A DNA stretch of 64,000 bases, taken from Candidatus Lustribacter sp. Its GTDB lineage: Bacteria > Vulcanimicrobiota > Vulcanimicrobiia > Vulcanimicrobiales > Vulcanimicrobiaceae. Shown here piece by piece: positions 47,458-58,786 of the stretch. The stretch's first letter is position 1. The number at the start of each line of letters is the position of its first letter. The stretch lies in NCBI GenBank assembly GCA_965277805.1, contig OZ255842.1, forward strand, positions 2,848,001 to 2,912,000, written 5' to 3'. Under the pieces are notes generated by a model, which saw only the letters and a program-made list of their open reading frames with translations, was not told where the DNA came from and did no database searches. The position numbers and the translations under genes are program-made.

Positions 47458-48458
47458 CCGCGCACCGCGATGATGACGGCCGTAACGACCAGGTTCAGTG
47501 TGGCCACCGGTAAGAGCACCTTCCACCCGAAGTCCATCAGGCGATCGTAGCGCAGGCGCGGTAACGTCGAGCGCAACCAGATATAGAAGAACAAGAACGC
47601 ACCGGCTTTGATCAGGAACCACACGAGGCCGATCCACGGATTGCCCGCGGGCCCGAAGAGCGGGTTCCAGCCGCCGAGGAACAGCAGCGTCGCAAGACAT
47701 GATACCGTGATCATGTTGAGATACTCGGCGATGAAAAACAGGCCGAAGCGCAATCCCGAGTACTCGGTGTGGAAGCCGCCGACGAGTTCGGTTTCCGCCT
47801 CCACCAGATCGAACGGCGCGCGGTTGGTTTCCGCTACGGCCGTGATGAGATAGATCAGGAAGCCGACGATCTGCGGCACGATGAACCACACGCGCGCCTG
47901 CGAGTTGACGATCGCGGCGAGCGAGGTCGAACCCGTGAGGATCAGCACGCCGATGACCGACATCGACATTGAGAGCTCGTAGGAGATCATCTGCGCCGTC
48001 GAGCGCACCGAACCGAGCAGCGGAAACTTCGAACCCGACGCCCAGCCGGCGAGCGAGATGCCGTAGACGCCGATCGAGGTCAGCGAAAAAATGAACAGGA
48101 TGCCGGCATTGACGTCGCCGACGCTGTACGCCCCGTTCGCGTCACCGGTGAACGGGATGATCGCAAACGTACCCATCGCGGTGATGAGCGAGATGAACGG
48201 CGCCAGCTTGTAGATCAGCGGATCGGCCGTATTGGGCGTTAAATCTTCCTTGAACATCATCTTGAGCGCGTCGGCGGCGGGCTGCATCATGCCCCACGGA
48301 CCGACCCGGTTCGGACCGGGACGAAGCTGCATCCAGGCCATGATCTTGCGCTCGGCCAGCATCGAGTAGGCGAACGTGGTGACCACGATCAGCAGCAAGA
48401 TCGCCGACTTGATCAGCACGATGACCCATAGCGGCACGGCCGCAATTGCGGCGTTCAC
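47454..48458 (-). CDS. nuoH: NADH-quinone oxidoreductase subunit H
   Basis: ERK..Q.RPGPNRVGP, AETNRAPFDLVEAE. Confidence 0.97.
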   Translation of the reverse strand: MNAAIAAVPLWVIVLIKSAILLLIVVTTFAYSMLAERKIMAWMQLRPGPNRVGPWGMMQPAADALKMMFKEDLTPNTADPLIYKLAPFISLITAMGTFAIIPFTGDANGAYSVGDVNAGILFIFSLTSIGVYGISLAGWASGSKFPLLGSVRSTAQMISYELSMSMSVIGVLILTGSTSLAAIVNSQARVWFIVPQIVGFLIYLITAVAETNRAPFDLVEAETELVGGFHTEYSGLRFGLFFIAEYLNMITVSCLATLLFLGGWNPLFGPAGNPWIGLVWFLIKAGAFLFFYIWLRSTLPRLRYDRLMDFGWKVLLPVATLNLVVTAVIIAVRG

Positions 48459-50731
48459 GCTTGGGCCTCGAGCAGTGCGTTCGCGCTCCGCTTGCCGGCC
48501 ACGTGAACGTTGACCGCGCCGCGCAGCGCGTTGAGCGGCGCGCCGGGAACGCCTTCGACCAGCACCACTGCGCCCTCGGGCACGTGCTCGTCGAGCACGA
48601 CGGACAAGCCGTCGATGCGCCCGCGATCGGGTCCGGCGACGTCGATGAGGTCGCCGCGCCCGAGCTTCATTGCCGCCGCGGTGCGCGGATGGATCGATGC
48701 TTGCGGGCCGATGCGAAGGCCGGCGAGCGTCGTGTCGTGCGCCATCGTGCCGCCGCCGCTGAGGATGTTGGCGGCGGCGATCACGCGCAGCGTCTCGCTC
48801 TCGACGGCCGCGCGCGGCGGAACCTTCTCGGGTTCGGGCATATCGGGAATCGCCGGAGCTTGCGAGACGAGGACGCCGATGCGGCCCTCGATCTCATCGG
48901 CCGCGGGCAACTGCACGCCGAGCGCTTCGGCCAGCGCGACGAGCATGTCGCCGTCGGCCCACGCTTCGCCCGGCGCGGGTACGCCGGCGACAACCGGCAG
49001 CACGTCGCCGGCCAGGTTCGTCGTCGTGCCGGTTTTCTCAAACGCGCTGCACGCCGGCAATACCAGCGTCGCAAGTTCGGCCGTTTCCGTCATGAAGAGA
49101 TCGCTGACGACGACGAACGGCGTCTTCTTCAGTGCCTCGAGCGCGAGTTCGCGATCGGGCCAGTGCAGCACCGGGTTCACACCCATCAGCGCGAGCGTCG
49201 TCAACTTGCCGTCGCGGCCCGCTTCGAGCAGCGCTTGCGTGCCCAAACCGTCTTTGCGCGGAAACATTCCGACCGCTTCCGCACCGCGCGCGTTCGGCTG
49301 TTCGCCGAGCACGTAGGTGTGGAGTTTCGTGCCTTCGGGCAACTCCGTCGCCCACTTCTTCACCGCGCCGCTCTCGCTCGTGGGCACGCCGTCCCACACC
49401 ATCGCAATGCGCTTGGCATTCTTCGGTACGGCCTTGACCGCATCGGCAAACGTCGCGGCGCTCACGCTGCGCATGCCGCGCGGCGTGGCGTGGTCGCCGA
49501 CGGTGATCAGCGTCGCGCCCTTGCGGCGCACGGCTTTGCGGATCCGCAGGTCGAGCACCGGCGCGAGTTGCGCCGGCGAGCGTCCGAACGTGATGATGCA
49601 CTCGGCGTTCTCGAGATCGACGTGCGTTCCGCCGGTGGCGCCCGGGAAGGCCTGATGCTGTCCGCTGCTGCGCCAGTCGAGGTTCTCGACGCCCAGCGCG
49701 CGGTGGATGTGCTGCAGCAAGAACGCTTCTTCATTCAAGAGCCGGCCGCCGCCGACCGCACCGGCCGAGCCCGCACCGCTCTTCGCGATTCCCTCGCGCA
49801 GCGCGGTCTTCCAAAGCGTGATCGCATCGTCCCAGCTGATTTGGACCCACTCGCCGTTTTGGCGGTAGAGCGGCTGCGTGAGCCGGCGGTCGTCTTTCAC
49901 GTACCCGACGTTGTAGCGGCCGCGATCGCACAGCCAGCCGTCGGAGATCGCGTCGTCTTCCTCAACGCTCATCGTGCGCTGAACCATCGAGACGCGCGAA
50001 TCGACGTGCATCTGGCAGCCGACGCTGCACTGCATGCAGGTGGTCGTCGTGCGGTGGTTGTCCCACGGACGCGACTTGAAACGATAGGTCTTCGAGGTCA
50101 GCGCGCCGACCGGGCACAGCTCGGTGACGTTACCGCTGAAATCGGAGTGATACGGCTCGCCGGTGGCGGTCGCGATGATCGCGTGGGCGCCGCGGTCGTC
50201 CGTACGCAGCGACTGTTCGCCGGTAATGATCTCATCGAAGCGCACGCAGCGCAGACAGAGCACGCAGCGTTCCTCGTCGAGCACGATCGTCGGTCCGAGA
50301 TCGACGGCCTTGGGCTTCGACGATTTCGCATCGGCGAGGCGCGAGGCGCCCTGACCGTAGGCCATCGCGTAGTCTTGCAGATCGCACTCGCCGCCCTTGT
50401 CGCAGATCGGACAATCCAGCGGATGATTGATCAACAGCAACTCGAGGACCGCGCGGCGGCCTTCGTTCGACATCTTGCTCTGCGTGTGCACGACCATCTT
50501 GTCGGCGACCGGCGTGTTACACGCGATCTGCAGCTTCGGCGTGCCCTCGATCTCGACGAGACAAATGCGGCACAGACCCGCGGGGCCGAGCTTCGGGTGA
50601 TAACAGTACACCGGCACGTCGCGCTGGATCAGCTTCGCGGCTTCAACGACCAGCGTGCCCTTCGGCACCGTGATCTCGATGCCGTCGATCGTCAGCGTGA
50701 CCTGATCGGTCGCCGGTAAGGTAGCGCTCAT
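48455..50731 (-). CDS. nuoG: NADH-quinone oxidoreductase subunit G
   Basis: CYHP..CRICLVE, NHPLDCPICDKGGEC, CVLCLRCVR, CMQCSVGC. Confidence 0.96.
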   Translation of the reverse strand: MSATLPATDQVTLTIDGIEITVPKGTLVVEAAKLIQRDVPVYCYHPKLGPAGLCRICLVEIEGTPKLQIACNTPVADKMVVHTQSKMSNEGRRAVLELLLINHPLDCPICDKGGECDLQDYAMAYGQGASRLADAKSSKPKAVDLGPTIVLDEERCVLCLRCVRFDEIITGEQSLRTDDRGAHAIIATATGEPYHSDFSGNVTELCPVGALTSKTYRFKSRPWDNHRTTTTCMQCSVGCQMHVDSRVSMVQRTMSVEEDDAISDGWLCDRGRYNVGYVKDDRRLTQPLYRQNGEWVQISWDDAITLWKTALREGIAKSGAGSAGAVGGGRLLNEEAFLLQHIHRALGVENLDWRSSGQHQAFPGATGGTHVDLENAECIITFGRSPAQLAPVLDLRIRKAVRRKGATLITVGDHATPRGMRSVSAATFADAVKAVPKNAKRIAMVWDGVPTSESGAVKKWATELPEGTKLHTYVLGEQPNARGAEAVGMFPRKDGLGTQALLEAGRDGKLTTLALMGVNPVLHWPDRELALEALKKTPFVVVSDLFMTETAELATLVLPACSAFEKTGTTTNLAGDVLPVVAGVPAPGEAWADGDMLVALAEALGVQLPAADEIEGRIGVLVSQAPAIPDMPEPEKVPPRAAVESETLRVIAAANILSGGGTMAHDTTLAGLRIGPQASIHPRTAAAMKLGRGDLIDVAGPDRGRIDGLSVVLDEHVPEGAVVLVEGVPGAPLNALRGAVNVHVAGKRSANALLEAQA

Positions 50732-52011
50732 GAAGCAACTCGCTCGGGGACGGGTTCGGCGCGCTTCACGTAACCGCGGAACTGGTCTTCGAACCGGTTG
50801 AGCACCGAGCCGAAGAACGGTTCGATCGAATCGCCGAGCGCGCACAGATTCAAACCGGTGATCTGATGACACGCCGATTTGAGGATGTCGATGTCGGAAT
50901 CAAGGCCGCGCCCGTCGAGGATGCGCTCGAGCGTTTTCTGGATCCAGCTGCCGCCCTCGCGGCATGGCGTACACTGACCGCACGATTCGTGCGCGTAAAA
51001 ACGGATCAACGCGTAAGAGGCCTTTACGAAATCGGTCGTATCGTCGAATACGACCATGGCACCCGAACCGAGCATCGAGCCGGCCTTCGAGATCGTGTCG
51101 AAGTCGTAGCTGAGATCGAGGTGCTCGGGAAAGAGACACGCCGAGGAACCGCCGCCGGGCTGCACGCCGACGAGCGTGCGGCCGTCGCGCAGTCCGCCCG
51201 CGCAGTCATAAATGAGCTGGCGGATCGTCGTTCCCAGCGGAACTTCGTAATTGCCCGGCTTCTTGACGTGACCGGAAACCGAGACGACCTTGAAGCCCGG
51301 CGAACGCTCCGGTCCGGCCTTGGCGAACCACTCGGCGCCGTTGCGCAAAATGTACGGCAGATACGCGAGCGTCTCGACGTTGTTGACGACCGTCGGCTCG
51401 CCGTAGAGGCCCTTGATCGCCGGAAAGGGCGGCTTGAGCCGCGGCTCACCGCGTTTGCCTTCGAGCGAGTTGAGCAGTCCGGTTTCTTCACCGCAAATGT
51501 AAGCGCCGGCCCCGCGATGGATCGTGAACTCGAGATCGTAGTCGCCGCCGCAGATGCCTTTGCCGATGTAGCCCGCCACGCGCGCTTGTTTCACCGCGTC
51601 GCGCATGATTTCGAAACCGTCTTGGAATTCGCCGCGGATGTAGATGAACGCGTGATGGCAGCCGATCGCATACGCGCCGATCAAGATCCCTTCGATGATC
51701 TGATGCGGCGTCTGTTCGAGCAGCATGTGATCTTTGAACGTCCCGGGTTCGGCCTCGTCGCAGTTGCAGACGAGATAGCGCGGGCGGCCGTTGTCCGGGA
51801 GGAACGACCATTTGCGGCCGGTCGGGAAACCCGCGCCGCCGCGGCCGCGCAAGTTCGATCCCATCGCGAGATCCATCACGGCTTTCTGGCCGAGTTCCTT
51901 GACCGCGCGTTCGAGCTGTGCGTAGCCGCCGGTCGATTTGTAGACCTCGATATCGCGCAGGTTGAGCTCGCCGATGCCTTTCGTCAGCACCTCGACGACC
52001 GGGCTAGCCAT
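50728..52011 (-). CDS. nuoF: NADH-quinone oxidoreductase subunit F
   Basis: LRGRGGAGFPTG, GAGAYICGEE, ESCGQCTPCREG. Confidence 0.97.
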   Translation of the reverse strand: MASPVVEVLTKGIGELNLRDIEVYKSTGGYAQLERAVKELGQKAVMDLAMGSNLRGRGGAGFPTGRKWSFLPDNGRPRYLVCNCDEAEPGTFKDHMLLEQTPHQIIEGILIGAYAIGCHHAFIYIRGEFQDGFEIMRDAVKQARVAGYIGKGICGGDYDLEFTIHRGAGAYICGEETGLLNSLEGKRGEPRLKPPFPAIKGLYGEPTVVNNVETLAYLPYILRNGAEWFAKAGPERSPGFKVVSVSGHVKKPGNYEVPLGTTIRQLIYDCAGGLRDGRTLVGVQPGGGSSACLFPEHLDLSYDFDTISKAGSMLGSGAMVVFDDTTDFVKASYALIRFYAHESCGQCTPCREGGSWIQKTLERILDGRGLDSDIDILKSACHQITGLNLCALGDSIEPFFGSVLNRFEDQFRGYVKRAEPVPERVAS

Positions 52012-52814
52012 TTAGTGGTGTCCTCCGTCTCCGGACGAGGGGCGCAATTGCGGTTCGTGCGCGAGCCGCTCGTTCGAGCGCGCCGCGAAGGCCGAATCGC
52101 TGACGATCCGGTCGAGCATGATCACGCCGCTGCGATCGCCGACGCCGCCGGCGTTGTTCGGATTCGGGACGCCCACACCGCCGGCCGATTTGCGGCCCGT
52201 CTCGGCTTCGACTTTCCAGTGCCGCTCGGGCGCTTTGGTCTGCGGCCGCGGCTTGACGTCGTAGGTGCCGGCGCGCATCGCGGCCAGCATGTCGTCGATC
52301 ATCTTCGGCGTCAGATCGTACTTGAAGCGCAGGTTCACTTGCATGCACGGCGCGCGGTCGCACGATGCCAGGCACTCGACTTCTTCATATGAGAACAAGC
52401 CGTCGTCGGTCGTCTCCAGATGTCCGATGCCGAGATGCTCGCGGAAGTACGCCATGATCTCCTCGGCGCCGTTCATCAGGCACGAGAGATTGCGGCAGAC
52501 TTGCAGCATGTATTTGCCGACCGGCCGCCGGTAGAACAGCGTGTAGAACGAGATCGTCGACTCGACAACCGACAGCGGCTGATCCAGCAGGTGCGCGATG
52601 GCCGCGAGCGCATTGGGCGACGTGTATCCTTCGTGCTCCTGGAACAGATGTGCCATCGGAATCAGCGCGCTGCGCGAATCTTCGTAGAGCCCGATCAGCT
52701 CTTCGCATTCCGGCTTCAGCTTGACGAACAGCTCGTCGAACGCATTGCCCGGCCGCGTAATATAGGGATCCCAATCCGCGACCAGATCCACATCCGGCGT
52801 TGTGGTGGCATCGC

Positions 52815-52818
<4 letters not shown>
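52012..52818 (-). CDS. nuoE: NADH-quinone oxidoreductase subunit E (C-terminally extended)
   Basis: VCRNLSC..ECLASC..AP. Confidence 0.94.
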
Positions 52819-54040
<1,222 letters not shown>

Positions 54041-54044
<4 letters not shown>

Positions 54045-54658
54045 TGCGCGTCGTCTTTCACGGCTTGTCCGCGCGCGGCCGCGATTTGGCGCTGCAGCGC
54101 GGCGGCGGTGCGGCCCGAAGCGGGCGTTCCCGCGGCCACGTTGGACTTCAGCGCAAACGACGGGCGCGGCGTCTTCTCACGTCCGGGCCCGCGCAACGGG
54201 TAATCCTTGCGCAACGGATAGCCTTCCCATTCGACGGGCATCTGGATGCGGCGCAGATCGGGGTGGCCCGAAAACGTGACGCCGAACAGATCGTACACTT
54301 CGCGTTCCGGCCAATCGGCGGCCGGCCACAGGTCGGTCATCGTCGGCACGACCGGATCGTTTTCCGCAACGCCGCACAATACGCGCACGCGTTCCGGCTG
54401 ACCGATTTGCGCGAGCGTGGTCGACGTGCTCGCGAGTTTGATCAAATGATAGACCACGTCCAGACGCGGCTCGCGGCCCGGATAATCGGCGCCGCCGATG
54501 TCGATCAGCATCGTGAAGCCCTCGGCGCGCAGCGCTTCGAGGGTCGCGCGCACGTCGGCCGGCGTCACGCGAATGACGCGCGCATCACCGATGTCTGCCC
54601 GAACGGCAGTCGGGTCGAGGGCAGTTGCCCCGGCCGGGGGAGTTTGTGAGCTCGGCAT
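54041..54658 (-). CDS. nuoC: NADH-quinone oxidoreductase subunit C
   Basis: WPEREVYDLFGV.F.GHPDLRRI..PLRKDYP. Confidence 0.96.
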
Positions 54659-54671
54659 TTACGTCGTGCCT

Positions 54672-55157
54672 CTATGCTCGCGCGAGAATTCCGCCGCGAC
54701 CGCCTTGGCGTATCTGCTGCTGGATCAGGTTGACGGCGTAGAGCAAGCCGTCGGGCGTCGGCGGGCAGCCCGGCACGTAAACGTCGACGGGAACGATCGT
54801 GTCGACGCCCTGCACGATGGCGTAATTGTCGAATACGCCGCCCGACGATGCGCACGCGCCCATCGAAATCACCCACTTCGGATCGGCCATCTGCTCCCAC
54901 AGGCGCCGCACGACCGGCGCCATCTTCTGCGCCACGCGGCCCGAGACGATCATCAAGTCGGCCTGGCGCGGGGACGCGCGAAACACTTCGGAGCCGAAGC
55001 GCGCGATGTCGTACTCGGCCGCCGTCGCGGTCATCATCTCGATCGCGCAGCAGGCGAGTCCCATCGTCAACGGCCACACGCTCGAGGATTGCGCCCAGCG
55101 CGCAACATCGTCGAGTTTGGCCAGAAAAAACTGGCCGGGCATGTCGTTTACCGCCAC
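54672..55157 (-). CDS. nuoB: NADH-quinone oxidoreductase subunit B
   Basis: [30 protein letters not shown] before GTG 55157. Confidence 0.96.
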   Translation of the reverse strand: MAVNDMPGQFFLAKLDDVARWAQSSSVWPLTMGLACCAIEMMTATAAEYDIARFGSEVFRASPRQADLMIVSGRVAQKMAPVVRRLWEQMADPKWVISMGACASSGGVFDNYAIVQGVDTIVPVDVYVPGCPPTPDGLLYAVNLIQQQIRQGGRGGILARA

Positions 55158-55501
55158 TGAAAGCCTCCGCGTCGCCACACGTATGCATAACCGATGGCGA
55201 GCACGACGACGAACGACACCATCTCCACCAGACCGAACGTCCGCAGCTGGTGCATCTGCACCGCCCACGGATAGAATGACGCCGCCTCTACATCGAAAAT
55301 CACGAACAGCATCGCGATCAAGTAAAACCGGACCGGAAAGCGTCCCGCTACCTCAGAGGTCGGTTCGACGCCGCATTCGTAGGCCTCACTCTTGACCGGA
55401 TTCGGCTTCTTGCGTCCCATCTGACCGGGCAAACTGCAAAACAGCAATGCGGCGATGAAAGCAACGAGGAGATACAGTGCGACGGGACCATAGGGGGTCA
55501 T
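55148..55501 (-). CDS. nuoA: NADH-quinone oxidoreductase subunit A
   Basis: [22 protein letters not shown]. Confidence 0.96.
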   Translation of the reverse strand: MTPYGPVALYLLVAFIAALLFCSLPGQMGRKKPNPVKSEAYECGVEPTSEVAGRFPVRFYLIAMLFVIFDVEAASFYPWAVQMHQLRTFGLVEMVSFVVVLAIGYAYVWRRGGFQWR

Positions 55502-55505
55502 AGAT

Positions 55506-55871
55506 GTGAAAAACTTCACGAAACGGGTGCGGAGCGCCTTCGCCCTCGGACTGACCGCCTGCGCGCTAGCAGCGTGCACAATGGGACCGAACGGATTGGG
55601 CGCATCCGCCTATGGTACAGTCACCGGACGCGTCGTCGACACGCAGTCACTGCAGCCGATTTCCGGTGCGACGATAACGGTCGGGAACATTGTTGCCGTG
55701 ACCGCGGCCATCGACCAAGGCGAGTTCACATTGCGCAACGTGCCGCTCGGCACGCATGCGATCACGATCTCCGCGGTGGGGTGGAAAACCTATACCGGCC
55801 AGGTCACTGTGGAGAGGGATACAGGCGCCGATACGGGCGTCATCGGACTGCCGTCCGCGCTCGCCCGCTGA
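55506..55871 (+). CDS. Lipoprotein with carboxypeptidase-regulatory-like domain
   Basis: Lipobox LAAC; VTGRVVD..PISGATI..G.F.L.NVP.G; alternative GTG at 55527. Confidence 0.75.
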   Translation: MKNFTKRVRSAFALGLTACALAACTMGPNGLGASAYGTVTGRVVDTQSLQPISGATITVGNIVAVTAAIDQGEFTLRNVPLGTHAITISAVGWKTYTGQVTVERDTGADTGVIGLPSALAR

Positions 55872-55904
55872 GCTGATTGCCCGGTAAGCTATATGAGCAA
55901 GCGT

Positions 55905-56615
55905 TCAGTTGCGCCGGTGGACTGCCAAAAAACGCCGGATGATGTCGACGGGGGTAGCAAAACCGATCGCCCGCTCGTCGTCGAAGCGCGACTCGGCGAG
56001 TCCGATGACCGTGCCGGTCGCCGCATCGAACACCGGGCCGCCCGACTCGCCCGGAATGATCGGCACGTCGATCTCCATCGTCCCGTTGCGCACGCTCGCG
56101 ATTCGGCCCGTATACAAGGAAACGACGGCGTCGAGGCGTTCGTCTTCGAACGCGTCCGGAATCGGATAACCGAGAACGCCGATGTCGCGTCCGGGGACCA
56201 CCAAGGACATGTCGCCCAAGGTGATGGGTTTGAGGTTCGGGGTCGGGATCTCGAGCAGCGCGAGGTCGTCGTCATCGTCGCTCACCGCGATCACGCGCAG
56301 CGGGACCGGTTTGCCCGCATCGCCGACCTTCGCGCGCAGGTCGCGCGCGTCGGCCACGACATGCGCGTCGGTGAGGATGCGCGAGCCCCAGGCGCCGCTC
56401 TCGATGATCGCGCCGCTGCCGTAGGCTTCGTCCCACTTTCCCTTGCGCTTGGGATCGTCGGCCGGAATCTGCATCGTGATCAGCGCGACCGACGGGTGCA
56501 GACGCTCGTAGAGCTGCGTGTACGGTTCGGGCCCGCCGGCGACCGGCTGCGCGGCGCGCGCGCAGGCGGTCAACGCAATCACGATGAGAAGCGCGATGCA
56601 GCGCAGCGAGAACAT
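55905..56615 (-). CDS. Trypsin-like (S1) serine protease, lipoprotein
   Basis: LTAC lipobox; LTDAHVV, DDLALL, PGESGGP triad. Confidence 0.88.
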   Translation of the reverse strand: MFSLRCIALLIVIALTACARAAQPVAGGPEPYTQLYERLHPSVALITMQIPADDPKRKGKWDEAYGSGAIIESGAWGSRILTDAHVVADARDLRAKVGDAGKPVPLRVIAVSDDDDDLALLEIPTPNLKPITLGDMSLVVPGRDIGVLGYPIPDAFEDERLDAVVSLYTGRIASVRNGTMEIDVPIIPGESGGPVFDAATGTVIGLAESRFDDERAIGFATPVDIIRRFLAVHRRN

Positions 56616-57745
56616 CAAGCCGAGCGCGCGCCGGCATTCAGACGCGCGACGATTGCCGCCCGCAAGCGATCGATGCCGTCGTTGGCCGTCGCGCTCACTT
56701 GGATCGCCTCCGGGGGCAGCGCAGCGCGCGCGGCGTCATCCAGGCGATCGATCTTGTTGCACACCAGCAGCGTCGTCTTGTCCGCGAGGTGGAGTTCGCC
56801 GAGAATCGTTTCCACGCTCGCGCGCTGGCGCGGCCAATCCGGATTCGACGCGTCGACTACGTGCAGCAGGATGTCCGCCACGTCGAGCTCTTCGAGCGTT
56901 GCGCGAAATGCGTTGATCAGTTCCTTCGGCAAGGCGGTGATGAACCCGACGGTGTCGGCGAGGCGAATGCTGCGGCCGTCGCCGATGTAGACGCGGCGCA
57001 AGGTGGGATCGAGCGTGGCAAACGGCTGATCGGCGACGAACGCGTTGCCGCCGGTGCCCGCGAGCCGGTTGAGCAGCGATGACTTGCCGACGTTGGTATA
57101 TCCGACCAGCGCAACGTAGGGATCGCGGCCACTGCCCGAGCGCCGCGTGGCGCGCTGTTTTCGCACTTCGTCGAGCTGCCGCCCGAGCAGCGTGACGCGC
57201 GCCGCGATCTTGCGCCGGTCGACTTCGAGTTTCGTTTCACCGGGGCCGCGGGTACCGACGCCGCCACCCAAGCGCGAGAGCGCGATGCCAGAACCGATCA
57301 GGTTGGATTGACGGTAGCGCAGCTGCGCGAGTTCGACTTGCAACTGTCCTTCGCGCGAACGGGCGTGCTGCGCGAAGATATCGAGGATCAGCATCGTGCG
57401 GTCGACGATCGGCAGCGGCACCGCCTTCTCGAGGTTGATGCGCTGCCTCGGACGCAGGTCGTTAAACACCATCAGCACGTCCGCGTCGAGTTCTTTCGCG
57501 CGTTCCGCGATCTCACGCGCCTTGCCGCTCCCGACCAAAGTCACCGGATCGACGTGCGGCAGTTTCTGGATCACCTCGCCCACGATCACGACGCCCGTCG
57601 CGCGCGCGAGCGCGGCGAACTCCGCGAATTCCGGTGCTAGCGGCGCCGCGCGGTCGCTCAAGTCGACGGCAACGAGAAGCGCCCGCTGCGGGAGCGGCGC
57701 CACCGTGCTCAAACGCGGGTGGTGTTGAAGATCCGGATCAGCCAT
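56615..57745 (-). CDS. hflX: GTPase HflX
   Basis: LQVELAQL, GTRGPGETKLE, GYTNVGKS, FATLDPT, DTVGFI, NKID. Confidence 0.96.
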   Translation of the reverse strand: MADPDLQHHPRLSTVAPLPQRALLVAVDLSDRAAPLAPEFAEFAALARATGVVIVGEVIQKLPHVDPVTLVGSGKAREIAERAKELDADVLMVFNDLRPRQRINLEKAVPLPIVDRTMLILDIFAQHARSREGQLQVELAQLRYRQSNLIGSGIALSRLGGGVGTRGPGETKLEVDRRKIAARVTLLGRQLDEVRKQRATRRSGSGRDPYVALVGYTNVGKSSLLNRLAGTGGNAFVADQPFATLDPTLRRVYIGDGRSIRLADTVGFITALPKELINAFRATLEELDVADILLHVVDASNPDWPRQRASVETILGELHLADKTTLLVCNKIDRLDDAARAALPPEAIQVSATANDGIDRLRAAIVARLNAGARSA

Positions 57746-58545
57746 GCGAGTCCATCGTTGTAGCGGGGACCGGGTCGCTCGAGGATCGCCGGGTCCGGGA
57801 GATATGCGATCCGATGCTCGCGAACGGCGCGCAGCGCGTTCCACGGGGGCCGATCGAGCACGGATTGCAACTGTACCGTCGGATCAGCAATCAGCACGTC
57901 GGGTTGCATCGCGATCAGCGCTTCGGCGCTATATGCTCCGTAGGCACCCGTCATGTGCGCCGCGTTGACGCCGCCGGCGAGTTCGAGCAGCTTGGCGATG
58001 TAGGATCCGGTGCCGACCGTGAAGATCGGCCCGGTCCCGAGCACCACGAACGCGCGCAACGGTGCTGGTCGCTTGCGCACGGTTCGCATCAACGCGGTTG
58101 TCCGGCCGCGCAAACGGTCGGTGAGCGCGTGCGCGGCATCGTCGCGGCCGGTGAGCAAACCCAACGCTTCGATGTCGACGAAGATGTCGTCGAATCCGTT
58201 GTCGTTGAGCAACACCGTGCGAATACCGGACTTGCGGATGTCGGCTGCGGGCGCCGATTGTGAATTGATGCCGACGACGACGTCGGGCCGCAAACGCACG
58301 ATCCGCTCCACGTCGGCGGAAGCGTAGCTCGAAATGACCGGCAGCGCGGTTGCGGCCTTCGGATAGTCGGTGTACTGCGAGACGCCGACGACCATCGCGC
58401 CCGCGCCGATCGCGAACAGGTCTTCGGTCAACGAGGGGATCAGCGAGACGATGCGCCGCGGAAGGTCGACGTGCGAAGGCGCAGGTGCCGCGCAACCGGC
58501 GATCGCCAGCGCTGCGGCCAGCGCGAAAACGCGTACGAAGGACAC
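57709..58545 (-). CDS. btuF: Cobalamin ABC transporter substrate-binding lipoprotein
   Basis: IAGC lipobox; RIVSLIPSLTEDLFAIG, DYP, RPGPR; adjacent B12 riboswitch. Confidence 0.88.
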   Translation of the reverse strand: MSFVRVFALAAALAIAGCAAPAPSHVDLPRRIVSLIPSLTEDLFAIGAGAMVVGVSQYTDYPKAATALPVISSYASADVERIVRLRPDVVVGINSQSAPAADIRKSGIRTVLLNDNGFDDIFVDIEALGLLTGRDDAAHALTDRLRGRTTALMRTVRKRPAPLRAFVVLGTGPIFTVGTGSYIAKLLELAGGVNAAHMTGAYGAYSAEALIAMQPDVLIADPTVQLQSVLDRPPWNALRAVREHRIAYLPDPAILERPGPRYNDGLAWLIRIFNTTRV

Positions 58546-58562
58546 TCGCTGGCGATACGCCG

Positions 58563-58740
58563 GGCAGGTCGGTGGGCCTGCGCCGCGCAAATTCGGCCGT
58601 ACTCGCGTGAACGGGAAGCCGGTTGGAATCCGGCACGGTCGCGCCACTGTATGCGGGGAGCCGCCGGCACGTCACTCCGATCCGTCGGGGGAAGGCACCG
58701 GCCTAAGGCACTGATCCGCAAGTCAGGATACCGAGCCCGC
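58563..58740 (+). ncRNA. Cobalamin riboswitch
   Basis: AACGGGAAGCCGGTTGGAATCCGGCACGGTCGCGCCACTGT, GGGAAGG, and B12 box AAGTCAGGATACC. Confidence 0.92.
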
Positions 58741-58786
58741 GAGTAACAACTGCACTTCCGCCTCGCGAAAAGGTTGGTATCGGTCA

